The notes under the pieces were generated by a model. It worked only from the letters and a program-made list of their open reading frames with translations, searched no databases and was not told where the DNA came from. This document shows, one piece after another, positions 1 to 12,255 of a stretch of 64,000 nt of DNA. This stretch comes from Narcine bancroftii (taxonomy: Eukaryota). The stretch spans positions 2,294,001-2,358,000 of the forward strand of contig NC_091475.1 of the NCBI RefSeq assembly GCF_036971445.1, given 5' to 3'. Position 1 is the stretch's first letter; each line of letters starts with the position of its first letter. The translations under genes and the position numbers were made by a program.

Positions 1-2790
1 CCCGGGGACAGTGACGACTGCCAGCAGTGTTGTCGGCAGCACTGCCGCTTGTGCTGAGGAGCCCCAGGAAAGATGACATCCGGAGCTCCCCTCCCAAAGC
101 CGACGAGACGGTGCATGTGCACAATACCAAGAATTTTTAACCCCGGGGGGGCTGCTACTCGTCGATCCAGCGAGTCTGGATTGACTGAGAGTAGGCCACA
201 TACACAAGGGGAGGGGGAGAGGGGAGCTGAGAAGACTGAAAGAGACAGCAGAAGGGGGAGAGGACACAGCTCTGGAGAAGAGCTGATCAGTGACCCAGAA
301 GAAGAGCCTGAAGGACTTAAGACTGGTCAGGGTAGGCCTTTTACTGAATACAAAGAATATTTTGATGGACAATTTCAAGTTATGTTACAACACGTCAGTG
401 GGTTTTAACTCTGTTAATCAACAACTGGCTAATATTAGAGATGATACTTAAGGCAGAATTGGTGAAACTGCAAAGGTGGTGGATAAAGTGCAAGAAAAGG
501 TGAAGAAAATGGATGATAAAGAATGGAGAGTTGATAAGGAAGATTTATTGAAAAAAATTGATACCCTGGAGAATCAGAGCCGTAGGAATAATGTGAAGAT
601 AGTTTGAAGGATCATATCCAGTGAAATTTTTTCGTGAATGGATACCAAAGATGTTGGGCGCTGAAATGTTTTCAAAAGGCTCGGAATTGGACAGAGTACA
701 TAGAGCTTTAGGACATAAACCAAAGCCTGGTCAGCAACCCTGATCGGTCTTGATTCGTTGCCTGAGATATCAAAATAGGAAAAGGTCTTCCCCACCTCAA
801 ATGAGAAAGAATGGAAGTGGAGAGGAGTCTTTGAAGGGGAAGAAGAAGAACAAAGAATTGGAGGAAACTTACCATACTTGAAATGTGAATTTTAAAGTTG
901 TGATAAATATATTTGTGGGGGAATGTGAAAACATTGTAACTCGGCCGAACTCATCACTCGCTTAGTGGCTTGGGCCACTACCCATGTTTTTGGGGGAGTT
1001 AGTATTTGTCATTTGGGGGGGGGTTAAGAGGGAGTAGGGTTTTTTCTAAATATATATAAATATGTTTTTTTCTTTCTCTTTCTTTAAGGGGGTGATTTGT
1101 TTTGACATGTTGGGGTGGAGATCCAACTGTATAGACTATGGAGAGGATAAATTGGATGGCTAATCTAAAATTTGCTACATTTAATGTGAAGGGGCTCAAT
1201 AATACAATTAAGTGTAAGAAAGTGTTATATAAAGAAATTTAAAGTAGATGTTGCTTTTTTGCAAGAAACACATTTAATGGATAGTAAACACCAAAAATTA
1301 CAAAGGAATTGGTTAGGTCAAGTAATTTATTCTTCTTTCAATTCAAAAGTGAGAGGGGTCGCAATTTTAATTCTTAATAATTTATTTTTACTTTGGAATT
1401 TTAAAGGAAATTGTATACCTATTATATAAGACATGATGAGAGCAAAATAGAGGAGTTTTTAAGTAGACTGCAGTTGCCAAGATTAAATGACTGGAGTAGG
1501 GATCAGTTGGAGAGGCCAATTGGTTTGAGAGAAAATAGATCAGCTTTAAACTCTATGCCAAATGGTAAATCTCCAGGGGAAGATGGGTTTATAGTAGAAT
1601 TTTATAAAAAAGTTTCAAAGTTTAGTTTTCCCAGTATTTGAGGAGGTTCTTCAACAAGTATCGGATACACAATCAGTTCCAGAATCATTTTCTCAAGCAA
1701 TTATTATGGTGATTCTTAAAAAAAGATAAAAATCCATTAAACCCAGGGTCTTATGGACCAGTCTTATCATTGAATGTTTTAACATCTGACGGGATGAAGG
1801 AAAAATACCAAATCCCTGCTAGAACTCTTTTTTGTTATTATCAACTTAAGTCTATGTTGTATGATTGTTTAGGGAGACATTTAGATTTGCCTAAAGAAAC
1901 GACATTTGAAGATTTGATCCAAGATGGAGGAAAGAAAGGGTTTATTTCAGAAATGTATAAATTGCTGCAACAAAAAATGCCTAAGATTGAATTGCATAAA
2001 TTGAGGCTTAAATGGGAGAAAGTTTTGGGAGTTCAATTTGACATGGATTGTTGGAAGAAGATTCATAGAGATACTATGACAAATTAATCAATGTTAGGTA
2101 TAGATTGGTAACTTATAATTTTATGCACCAATTATATTTAACTCCAGAACATTTGAAAAGATATAAACTGAGTGCTTCAGATGTGTGTTTTCGATGTAAT
2201 GAGCAAAAAGGTACATTTTTGCATTCAGTTTGATCTTGTGAGAAAGTTAAGGGTTTTTGGGCTAGATTAAGAGACTGTTTGCAAGAAATCCTGAAAATAA
2301 AATTTTCTCTAGACCCAAAGATCTTTTTAATTGGGGAAGTCACTGAAATGGCTTTGCTTAATAAGTTGGATAAATTTGAAAAGGCGTTCTTGTGATTAGC
2401 TTTAGGTGTGGCAAGAAAATGTATAGCTGTTTCATGGAAAGATCAAATGGAGCTTAATTTACAAAGATGGCATTCAGAAATGAGGACTTGTATACTAATG
2501 GAAAAGGTAACGTATCAATTTTGGGATAAATATTATGTATTCAAAAAAATTTGGAGCCCATATTTGGACTATTCTAATTTGAAAATTTGAGACTGGTCGT
2601 GCGTGCAGCATAATCTCCGTATCATATAATAAATGAATGACTTAAGTTATTCTCCTTATCTCTTCCTTTCTTAGTTTCTTTTTTCTTTAGGGGGTAGGTG
2701 GGGTAGAATTTGGCTAAAGGGAGGGATGGAGTTGGGGGGTGGGGTGATTAAATTTCTCTAAATTTCTTTATCCATAATGACCTTTTGTGA
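1..2790 (+). mobile_element. Degenerate L1-clade LINE (ORF1, APE endonuclease, RT and C-terminal remnants, internally deleted)
   Basis: ORF1-like ENQSRRNNVKIV at ~570-600. Endonuclease start MANLKFATFNVKGLNN...VAFLQETHL at ~1157-1280. RT-proximal ALNSMPNGKSPGEDGF in ORF 1411-1641. C-terminal ARKCIAVSWK in ORF 2408-2590. Many stops and frameshifts. Confidence 0.8.
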
Positions 2791-2894
2791 TTATAGCAAT
2801 GTTTTTGAGGCAAAAAAGGATTCATTTTGAACACCTTAAAACCCAGCCAAAGTCGCAATATCTCAGGGGGTCTGTGACAAATGCATTTCTCTTA

Positions 2895-3555
2895 AGAAGC
2901 AAAGTTGTCGATAGTATGGTTAATTATAATTTTTTGCATCAGTTATATTTAACCCGTGAAAAATTGAAAAAATATGGATTTAGTAATTCAGATTTGGGTT
3001 TTAGGTTTGGATGATGTGTTGGAACATTTATACATTCTGTTTGGTCTTGTGATAAAGTTCATCATTTCAGGTTTAAAATTAGGAATTTTTTTTCAAAATT
3101 TGTTTAAAATTCAATTTCCTTGAGATCCAAAAATTTTTTGTTAGGTTATTTTACTCCATTAGTGGACTTGGGGTTGGATAAGTTTCAGACAGCATTTATT
3201 CATCTAACATTGACAGTTGATCGTAAACGTATTGCTGTGTCTTGGAAAGATGAAGCGGAGTTAAATGTAGTTCGATGGCATCATGAATTGAAGCATCTAT
3301 ATTGAGAAAATAACAATTTACATAATAATTATGATTTTTTTTGTTAAGATGTGGACACCATATATGAAGAATATGAATGTAGTCATATTGTAAATTACTG
3401 AATGTTTTTGTTTATTTTTAATGCTTCCCTTTAGGGATCTGTTGTGGGAAGGGGGGAGGGGATAGTTTTGTTTACTGTTTTATTATTATTTTTATTGAAA
3501 AAATATTAAAAATACTTATTTTTATTGAAAAAATACTAATAAAGTTAAAAAAAAG
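2895..3555 (+). mobile_element. Second, 5'-truncated L1-clade 3' fragment with A tail
   Basis: Repeats the C-terminal motifs of the first element (YNFLHQLYLT, RIAVSWKD). Ends in AATAAA plus an A-run at ~3538-3554. Confidence 0.75.
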
Positions 3556-3591
3556 AAGCAGAGTTGTCCTATTTTCCATTGACACCAAAAC

Positions 3592-3597
3592 TTTATT
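3592..3597 (-). terminator. FBXO40: Candidate FBXO40 polyadenylation signal (AATAAA); another at 4018-4023
   Basis: TTTATT on the plus strand ~600 nt downstream of the stop, at the end of an AT-rich, repeat-free 3'UTR-like stretch. Confidence 0.5.
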
Positions 3598-4202
3598 AAA
3601 AAATAATTCTTCATTCAGTCCATATTATTCTGCAGCTTAACTACAATTAAAGCATAGAAACAAATCAGATTGACTTCTTCTGTCGTTGAAATCCAAGCTC
3701 AACTCTGGATGTTTCTGACATATTGCTAAAAATCTGCCTCAGTAACTGTAGCCTGGAGCCTGTAGCCTGCAATGCAAAAGTGAAGCCTGTTGGCAGATCC
3801 TTGTACCGCAGAAAAAGAGTACATTTCTGACGTATGAGAAAGTCAGATTCTCATTCTAAAAACAAACATTGTATAGAAATGGGTTGTGGCAATGCTCCTA
3901 TTTGTTCCTGTTGTTGCACCCACATGAAATAACTCATATTTAAGCCTGGCTTAACATGATTTTTTAATGCATTGATTATTATTACAAAACCATTTTGTAT
4001 ACTTTTGTAATAAAGCATTTATTTTCCTTCAACATTGCCCTCTCCGAAGTTTACATGACAAAGAGAATAATGTATCTAATGATTTTTATGCACACATTTA
4101 AAATAGCTGCATTTTTGATGTCCTAAATATCAACTGCTCAATAAATTTACCACTTCCGAGAACTGAATGAACTAACAAAATCAGGTTCAAGACACTAAAA
4201 CT

Positions 4203-4430
4203 TCATGCAGTCAGATGGGAAAATCTATTTAATGTTTTTTTCCTATTAAAAATATGAATAAGACTCTTCTCTTCTGATTTCTGAGTCCTACACATGCTGA
4301 TGAGAGGCACGGGCTTTGACCTACACTCTGTCACATAGTATGAACAGGTTTTCAGATGTTCTGCCATGCTGGGGTTGTCATTAAAATTCCAGTCTTCAAT
4401 TGTGGAAAAGAAAGAGCTGAATTGCCACTT
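4203..4430 (-). CDS. FBXO40: F-box only protein 40, last coding exon
   Basis: Acceptor ttttatttacag| then KWQFSSFFSTIEDWNFNDNPSMAEHLKTCSYYVTE...TA*. Resembles the human FBXO40 C-terminus (IWQFSSLFSKIKSWEFNEVTSMSEHLKSCPF). 228 nt, phase 0. Confidence 0.93.
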   Translation of the reverse strand, partial: KWQFSSFFSTIEDWNFNDNPSMAEHLKTCSYYVTECRSKPVPLISMCRTQKSEEKSLIHIFNRKKTLNRFSHLTA

Positions 4431-4789
4431 CTGTAAATAAAAGAAAATCACAGTCTTGTTAATTCAAAGTTATTGATACTATTTGGGTTTAGTCCTAAGG
4501 TTCAGTTTGCAAAATCAAATTATAGAAGTTAAAGATACATGTATGTTGTAAAGAAGTTTGTGTAAAGAAGTTAATCCATCTTTGAACCAAGGTGATCATT
4601 CTTATGTCAGATACAACTACTTTGGTTGTTTACTGGACTAACATTTTACAGCTGATTTAAGAAAATAATAAGAGCCAAATGAGATTCCATAGAGGACATA
4701 ACTTAGAGACAATTACACCCAATTTTCATACCTTAGAGTTGAGTTTCTATTTACTTTCATGAAATCAAATGCCATCTACAAATTTACCA

Positions 4790-4995
4790 ATGACACCCAA
4801 TTTACCCCGAGCGTACCCCCAATTAACCTACACTCCTGGTGTGTTTTTCAACGGTGGGAGGAAACCAGAGCCCCCGGAGAAAACTGACGCAGACGTGGGG
4901 AGAACGTACAAATTCCTTACAGACAGTGCAGGATTTGAACCCAAGTCCAGTCCTGATCTCTAGTGCTGTAGAGGTGTTGTACTAACCACTTCGCA
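4790..4995 (-). mobile_element. tRNA-derived V-SINE (HE1-like)
   Basis: Reverse complement has a B-box GGGTTCAAATCC and the V-domain core GTCTGTAAGGAATTTGTACGTTCTCCCCACGTCTGCGT. Same family as 12000, 14652, 16450 and 17387. Confidence 0.75.
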
Positions 4996-5450
4996 AAGAC
5001 TTTTGCAAATTTCTACAGGTGTACTGTAGAGAGTATTCTGAATGGTTGAATCACTGGTATGGAGCTGCCAATGCACAGGACAGAAAAAGACAAGACTACA
5101 GAGAGTTGTGAACTTGGGCAGCAACATCATGTCTTCATTCCATCAAGGACTGTCTACAAAAAGCAGTGTCTTGAGGAAACAACAAAGGGCCCCCTCCACC
5201 CAGGCCATTCCCTCTTCACACTGCGAGGAGGTACAGGAGCTTGAAGATGAGCACCCAGTAGCACAAGAACAGCTTCTTCCCCTCCGACATCAGATTCTGG
5301 AATGATCAAAGAACCAGAGGTATGACCTCACCTTCTCTTCTTTGCACTAATTTTATATTTTAAATTGTAATTTATAGCAATATTTCCACCTGTATTGATG
5401 CTGCAAATTAACAAATTTTGAACATGTTCATGACAATAATTCTGATTCTG
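4996..5450 (+). mobile_element. Rex1/Babar-type LINE 3' fragment
   Basis: FYRCTVESIL...RLQRVV...KNSFFPSDIRF remnant, ending TGACAATAATTCTGATTCTG. Near-copy of the 3' ends at 19860-20310 and 25145-25600. Confidence 0.75.
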
Positions 5451-5547
5451 AAGTAAGAAGAAACACAAAAGGGAAGAATTAGTCAAAGGAGCTCCAAAGT
5501 TTGGGAAATTTTAGCAACAAACTACACGCAAACCTCACGCTATTGGG

Positions 5548-5854
5548 TGCGGTTATAGCTCTGGAGTAGAGCATGAGAGAGGACGCACATAAGAGTACAA
5601 ACAGTACTGATTTATTGGGTCATTCACTCTGCATTTTGTAGGACAGCTGAATCTTGCTGCTACGTCATCATCAGTGGGTGTGGCCTACGCTCTGCCAATC
5701 GTTGATTGGTGGCTTTACGATCTGCCAATTGCTGATTGGTCCTTTTCCTCTGTTGCTATTATGCCCTATGGAAGAAGGCTATCTCGGCCCGTGCTGCCTG
5801 CTCAATCATCATATTTGGATGTTGCTACTTGTGTTGGGCCACGGAGTAGGCCAC
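5548..5854 (-). mobile_element. Possible solo LTR with CCAAT-rich tandem repeat
   Basis: TG...CA ends, TGACGTA (CRE-like), four CCAAT boxes, then TACAAAA and AATAAA on the minus strand. No clear TSD. Confidence 0.4.
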
Positions 5855-7569
5855 AGGTCGCAACAAGCAGATATTTTTCAGTATAATTTTTGCTAGTTCG
5901 TGATTTAATTTCCCCGAGCAGAGCCTCTGAAAAAACTGCAAGCAAATGGTTACTACGTGATTCTGCTAATTGTAGTGTTTCACAACAGTCTTCAAATTAT
6001 GGTCATTTTCTTTCGCTCACAGGCATGTTTAAAAAGTTTGGACTTGACATCAGTCCAGGCAATTTCAAGTCATGAAAATTGCACCAAAAATAGAAATTCT
6101 ACTCTCACAAGTTTAGAATTCTCACAAAAGCAAAACTGTTCTACTGTTTCAAATGTTCGCATTGTGAATGTACCAGAACAGTTATCCCCAGAGCTTGTGC
6201 AGCATTCACACTAATTAACTAATGGAAACCATGTTCCGGTAAGAAATCTCAAAATATAACTGGTGATCTTGAGCAGTTCCTAACATTTATTTCTCCTCCA
6301 TTTGATGTCTCAGAGTCACAAAAAGATACAGCATGAAACAGCAAATTTCACACCAAATACCAAACACCCATTATTACACAAATCTTATCCTAATCCATTT
6401 TATTTTTCCCACACTCCCAACAACCTTCTCGCCCCTCCAAATTCTACTTCTCATTTATACCCAATGGCAATTTACAGTGGTCAATTAAACCTAACAATCC
6501 TTTGACAGCTCAGAATCATAGAGAACATATGATAGGAGTCTGTTCACCCTATGGTGTCCAGGTCAGTCAAAAGAAGCAGCTACTCGACTTAATCCCCCTT
6601 TCCTCTATGGTCCATGAAGGTCATGAGGCTTTAAATGCATCTCCAAGTACTGTTTAAATATCATGAGAGCTTCTGCCACTCTCTCTCATTCTTTCAACTT
6701 GTAAGATCCAAGTCTGGACCACGCATTGGATAAAATTGTTTACTCATCATCTTTCCAATTCTTATATTAATTGAACTTCTGCTGCTAAGCTCTTGATTGA
6801 TTACATGTGCAAAACTAAGGCTTGAGAACACCAGATGACATACCATTTTGGTTTGGGTCTCAGCTCCTCCACGCATCCACATTTGGAATTCATAAACAAA
6901 CTCTAAGTAGCTGGTCAGTTGGTTTGAGGCACTCCTGAACTACTACCTGGTACAGAAGGGGGAGGATGAGAGAAAACCTAGGGGCTTGCTTTGAAATCTT
7001 CACTCTACAGGTAACCGAGTTGACAACATCTGAGGCCTCTTTGTGGGAAGACTAATGAACACCTTAAATATCCAAACAGAAATTATATTGTGAGAAATTA
7101 TCAAAATTCCTTAAAATGACTTTGGTGCCTGCTTGTGCTTGAATACAAGATACTGAAATTCCTCAAGGAATATGAATAAGATTGATTCAGAAATAACATT
7201 GTCTTACATGAGTAGTATATATTGGTACATTTATCATACATTTATCATCCATTTTAAATGGAACAAACCTCTATAACAATTGCATTCATTGAGTTCTGCC
7301 TACTTAGAGGCCGAGTAGTACTTTTGTTTTTGGAATTGTTAATTATCCAGAGGCCTGGGCAAAATGCAATCACAAGATCTAATCCCATCATTGCAGTTTT
7401 TTTAATTTGAATTCCAGTTTTTCTTAATATAAGGAATTACATGCCATCACCAATAAAAGTGATTGTGAAGTTCACAAGATTCATAAACCTAACTTGTTCA
7501 TTATGGTTCCCCAGGGAAGAAAATCTTAACCTCTCCAGTCTAGATTCACACAGTTGGCTCTCCTTTCAG

Positions 7570-7990
7570 CATTATGAAGGGATTATTCCTTCTATGGCTT
7601 GTTGATCCCATCTCCATCCACTACATCCCTTCTCATGACACTTTCCTATGAAACTATGGGAGACAGAAGCTATGGCAGTTTAGCTCTTCCCTTCCCACCA
7701 ATCAGGGATGCAAACAGTTGAAGCAGCAATTCATTTACACTTCTTCCAATTTAGTGTACTGCTTTTGATGTTCATGATATGGTCATTTAATTTGAGAAAC
7801 CAGATATAGATTTGGTGCAACAATGCAGAACAGCTTCTTTTGATCCATCCACCACATTAAATCGACATCCCACCCACAGTCTGACCTCTGTGTCCTTGCC
7901 CCCATATATAGCTCTAATGATATACAATACTGATAGGCTGTCCCCAGGTTATCAGCACCAAATATAAATATCCCTGAGTATGTCATTTCA
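7570..7990 (+). mobile_element. Old Penelope-like (GIY-YIG) fragment
   Basis: Degenerate FTYTSSNLVYC...GETRYRFG-like sequence at ~7730-7820, similar to 21530-21640. Confidence 0.5.
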
Positions 7991-8459
7991 CTAAATTCAA
8001 AAATTCAACATACATATGATGTATATGTTCTATCCAACAAATGGCGGAACTACTTTCCTCTTTCCACTTGTAGTAATTAGTCATTCTTATCAATCTCGTG
8101 TGCTTTTGATGCCATTTATTAGTGTTCTGAAGACACAATTGCAGAACCAAGTGATTTTTGTGTATTTTCTGACTTATGGACAAGCATTAAAAATGGAACC
8201 TGATTGTTACACGGGATAAAAGGTACTCATCTTTAGACTGGACACATGACAGCCTTCGCAACTTAGTACTGAGTTTAACAATTTCAGGGAAACCCTTGTT
8301 TTTTATTGTTCTGCCAGTAAATTTGATTCACTTTGTCTCTTTCACATTTTGTTCTAACTGCCAGTTTCTAAAGTAATTGTTATCTTGACAACTTCAGCCT
8401 GCACTTTATCACAGACATCTCCCTCTCTCAGGCTCATCTCTCTTCTTCAAACCTATATT

Positions 8460-9010
8460 TCCTGTGGAGCATCAAGAAAGCTCACCTCTGTCCCAGGATA
8501 CTGATAGATTTTTACTGTTGTACCATTGAGAGCATACTCACCTACGGCATCTCAGTGTGGTATAGCACCTGTCCCATATCAGACCGTAAAGCACTCCTGC
8601 AGGTGGTAAAAACTGCCCAGGGAATTATCATAACTCAATTCCCCACTATTGAGAACATCTATCAGAAACACTGCCTGGGCAGGGCAAAAAGCATCATCAA
8701 GGATGCATCTCACCCTAACTATGGACTCTCCTCTCTTTCCATCCAGTAGGCTCAACAGGAGCCACCACTCTCGAAACAGCAGGCTCACGAAGAATTTCTT
8801 TCCTGGGCCTATGGCCCTGCTGAATACTAAATCACAGTGCATATTGTACTGTCAGTACTTTTATGCTTGTTTGTTTGCTGGAGCACTTGCTTTTATTCGA
8901 AGTTACATGTCAGTTGAACTATTCTTTGTACTTCTGGCTAGATACTAATTGCATTTAATTGGCTTTGTATCTGTACTTGGTACAATGACAATAAAGTTGA
9001 ATCTAATCTA
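8460..9010 (+). mobile_element. Rex1/Babar-type LINE 3' fragment
   Basis: FYCCTIESILTYGISVWY..RKALLQVVKTAQGII..IIKDASHP..SRLTKNFFPG; ends GACAATAAAGTTGAATCTAATCTA. Confidence 0.75.
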
Positions 9011-9619
9011 ATTCAAATTTAATGAAAGGTCTTGACCCAAAATGTAGGCTCTGCTTCTCTCCCTTATGTTACTATCTGGCCTGCTGAATGATTCAAACAG
9101 TTTCTATTTTCGGTTGGTTCTTAACTTTCTTTGAAATAACTTAACAATCATTCATTTTTTCAGGGTTAGTAGTAGATGTGACACTAACAGATTTTACAGT
9201 TATTGCTGACTGTGGGCACTTGAATGGTATCATGTTTACTGAACCACTGAACAGAGGATCGAGACCAATGGGAAAAAAGGTAAGAGCATGATTTCAACCA
9301 CTCAGAATTAAGAATTTTCATTGAGACAGACAGAGCCCAAACCAGAAAGACAAAACTAGAATGTTTAATTAAAAAATATAAAATCCAATAAAGAAATCCA
9401 AAAATAACAAAGAGGGAAAGACAAGAAGGAAACAGACAAGAATTGAACCACTCTTACATAAATCAATTTTCATTCCCAGGATATTTGTTTTGTAGCAATC
9501 AAAACCTATCAGTTTATTAAAACACATTACACTTGAATAGACAAGGTAGTTCTGGGATGTTAAGTGGATATCCAGTGGGTAAATATTGCAAAGAGATTCG
9601 TACGTAGTTCAGTGTATCA

Positions 9620-11150
9620 AGGTACCACATAACACAGCCAAGTACTGAAATTCTGTGCGAACCAACTTGTCAATGTATTCACGGATATCTTCCACATCCC
9701 ACTCCAGCAAGGCGTGGTACCCACCTATTTCAAACAGGCCTCAATCGCACTGGTGCCCAAGAAGAGGGTGGTAACCTGCCTAAATGACTACTGATCAGTG
9801 GCACTCACATCCACAGTAATGAAGTGCTTTGAGAGGCTGGTATTGAAGCATATCAGCTCATGTCTGAGCTGCAATATGGGTCCATTCTGATTTGCTTATC
9901 ACAGCAACAGGTCTTCAGCAGATACCATCTCACTGGCTCTACATAAAGCCCTGGAACATCTGGACAGCAAAGATGCATTCATCAGGATGCTCTTTATCAA
10001 CTGCATTTCAGCATTTAACACCATCAGCCATTCTAAGACCTGAGCCTCACCTCCATACCCACTATCAGTGAGCATTAATAAAGAAAAATCTGCTCCCCAA
10101 CCTCCATCAGTACCAGAGCATCACAGGGCTGCTTTCTTAGTCCCCCCTGCTCTAGTCACTTTACACCTATGACTGTGTGGCTTGGTACGACAAAAATACC
10201 ATGACACCACAGTAGTGGGTTGATGAGGCAGCATACAGGGGAGAGACTGAAAACCCAGCATTCAATGTCTCCAAAACTAAGGAGCTAAGTGTGGATTTTA
10301 GGAGGGGAAAACCAAAGAGAAACAATCCAGTTATTATTGGTAGATCAGAGGTGGAGAAGGTAAGAAAATTTAAATTCCTGGGAGTCACTATCTCGGAGAT
10401 CTTTTCCTGGACCCATATAACCATATAACCATTTACGGAGCGGAAACAGGCCATGTTGGCCTTTCAAGTCCACACCGGTTCACCAACACAAGAATGTCAT
10501 TATGAAGAGCATGTCAGCGCCTCTAATTTCTCAGGACGTTGCAGAGGTTTGGTATAATATCAAAAACACTGGAAAACCTACAGATGTGTCATGGAAAATG
10601 TGCTGACCAGCTGCATCATGGCCTGGTATGGGGGCACCAATACCTCTGAATGGAAAGTTCTGCAAACGGTAGTGGACACAGCCCAATATATCATGGGAAA
10701 ATCTTTCCCCACCATCGAGAACATCTACAGGGAACGCTGCTGTCAGAGATCGGCAGCAATCATCAAGGATCCACTCCACCCAGGTCATGCTCTGTTCTCG
10801 CTGCTGCCATCAGAGAAGAGGTAGAAGTACCAAAGGACTTGCACCACGAGGTTCAGGAACAGCTGCTACCCCGCCACCATCAGACCCCTCAACAACAAAC
10901 TCCATCAGAGACTCATTTAAGGACCCTTATTTTGCTTATTATTATATTATTAAATATTTATTTTCTGCACTTCACAGTCAGTTTCATTGCACTTCCTTCT
11001 TTCTTTAGATTTCTCTCTTTTGTATACATATCTTTCCTTGGGTAGATTTTTTTTCCACTACCGATAAGTAAAAAAAATTCTGCCTGGCCCACAGAGAAAA
11101 AAAATTCTCAGCGTTGTATGTACTCTGACAATAAATCTGAACTTTGAACT
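9620..11150 (+). mobile_element. Rex1/Babar-type LINE, decayed RT and 3' end (with a short CR1 tail inserted at ~10414-10480)
   Basis: CLNDY*SVALTSTVMKCFERLV at ~9775-9845. ORF 10591-10824 (IIKDPLHPGHALFSLLPS). Tail ACAATAAATCTGAACTTTGAAC. Confidence 0.8.
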
Positions 11151-11999
11151 ATGAAGGAACAAGTTAAATAGACAGTATAATTTGATCTTTTATTTTTACT
11201 CTGCATGGCAGATGCTCTCTGATATACATCAACATAAAGGTGTAAAAGCAGAGACTCCAGAAAAATATGCTGCTTATTGACCTTGAGCTGTAATATGTTA
11301 ATCTCTTGCCTTTCTAATATGCCAGAGGCAATGAAACAATGTCAGCACATATTTGATTCCATGTTTTTGAAAGACAGTGGGCCAATACATTGTATTATTC
11401 AGTTACTTTCTTTGTATTATCAGCAAAGTTTTTTCTTTCTAATCACTAAGTCTGAGTTAAACAGACTGGGAGATTTGCATGTAATCAACAATATGAATGC
11501 CACAAATTGCTTTCCCCAGATTTAGTAACATTACAATCAAGTCTGGTTATTTTTAAATGGTCAGAGATTAGGGATAGAGGAGAATTAAATGAAGGTCAAC
11601 ATACCATCAACATTTACTCTGGTAATGGAAAAATAGCAAATTGGCACCCTTGACTTTTTTGGAGGTAATAATTGTTCAAATAATTGCTGGTATTTTCATA
11701 ATGGGAAAACAACAGAAATTAATGAATAGCCAGGAATGTATCAAAACATCCTAAGCTGTTTTATACAGGCAGCATCAAACCACACAAAGAGATATTGACA
11801 GGGAAACATGAACAGCAACATTAACTTTGCAAATTCTGTGCATGCGAAAACAACAGTTCCAAACTTGCCACTAGCAGTTTACTGCTTTGGAGTGGATAGG
11901 GAGCCAGTGCTGAAATTGGGAGAGGAATAATACATTTAGCAAAATGCCTCATACTTTCATCTCAGATTTTCTGAAGGATCCTGTAACAGGTAAGAACCT

Positions 12000-12185
12000 G
12001 GGGGGTGGCACGGTTAGCGTAGGGATAGATGCAATGCCGTTATAGCACCAGCAACCAGGTTTCAAATCCGGCATTTTCTGTAAGGCATTTGTACATCCTC
12101 CCCATGTCTGCGTGGGTTTCTTTTGGGTGCTCTGGGTTTCGTCCCACCCTTCAAAAACGTACCAGGGGTGTAGGTCAATTGAATT
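12000..12185 (+). mobile_element. V-SINE (HE1-like)
   Basis: A-box GGTGGCACGGTTAG, B-box GTTTCAAATCC, V-domain CTCCCCATGTCTGCGTGGGTTTC. Confidence 0.75.
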
Positions 12186-12255
12186 TTTTTTAAAGTTTTT
12201 TTTTAATTTAAAAGTTTAAAATAAAAAGATAATATTTAACATAAAATATACTTGC

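Noticed and set aside
12000-12075. tRNA genes at SINE heads (also 14652, 17387)
   Set aside because: A/B boxes are present but there is no cloverleaf, and they run into the V-SINE core.
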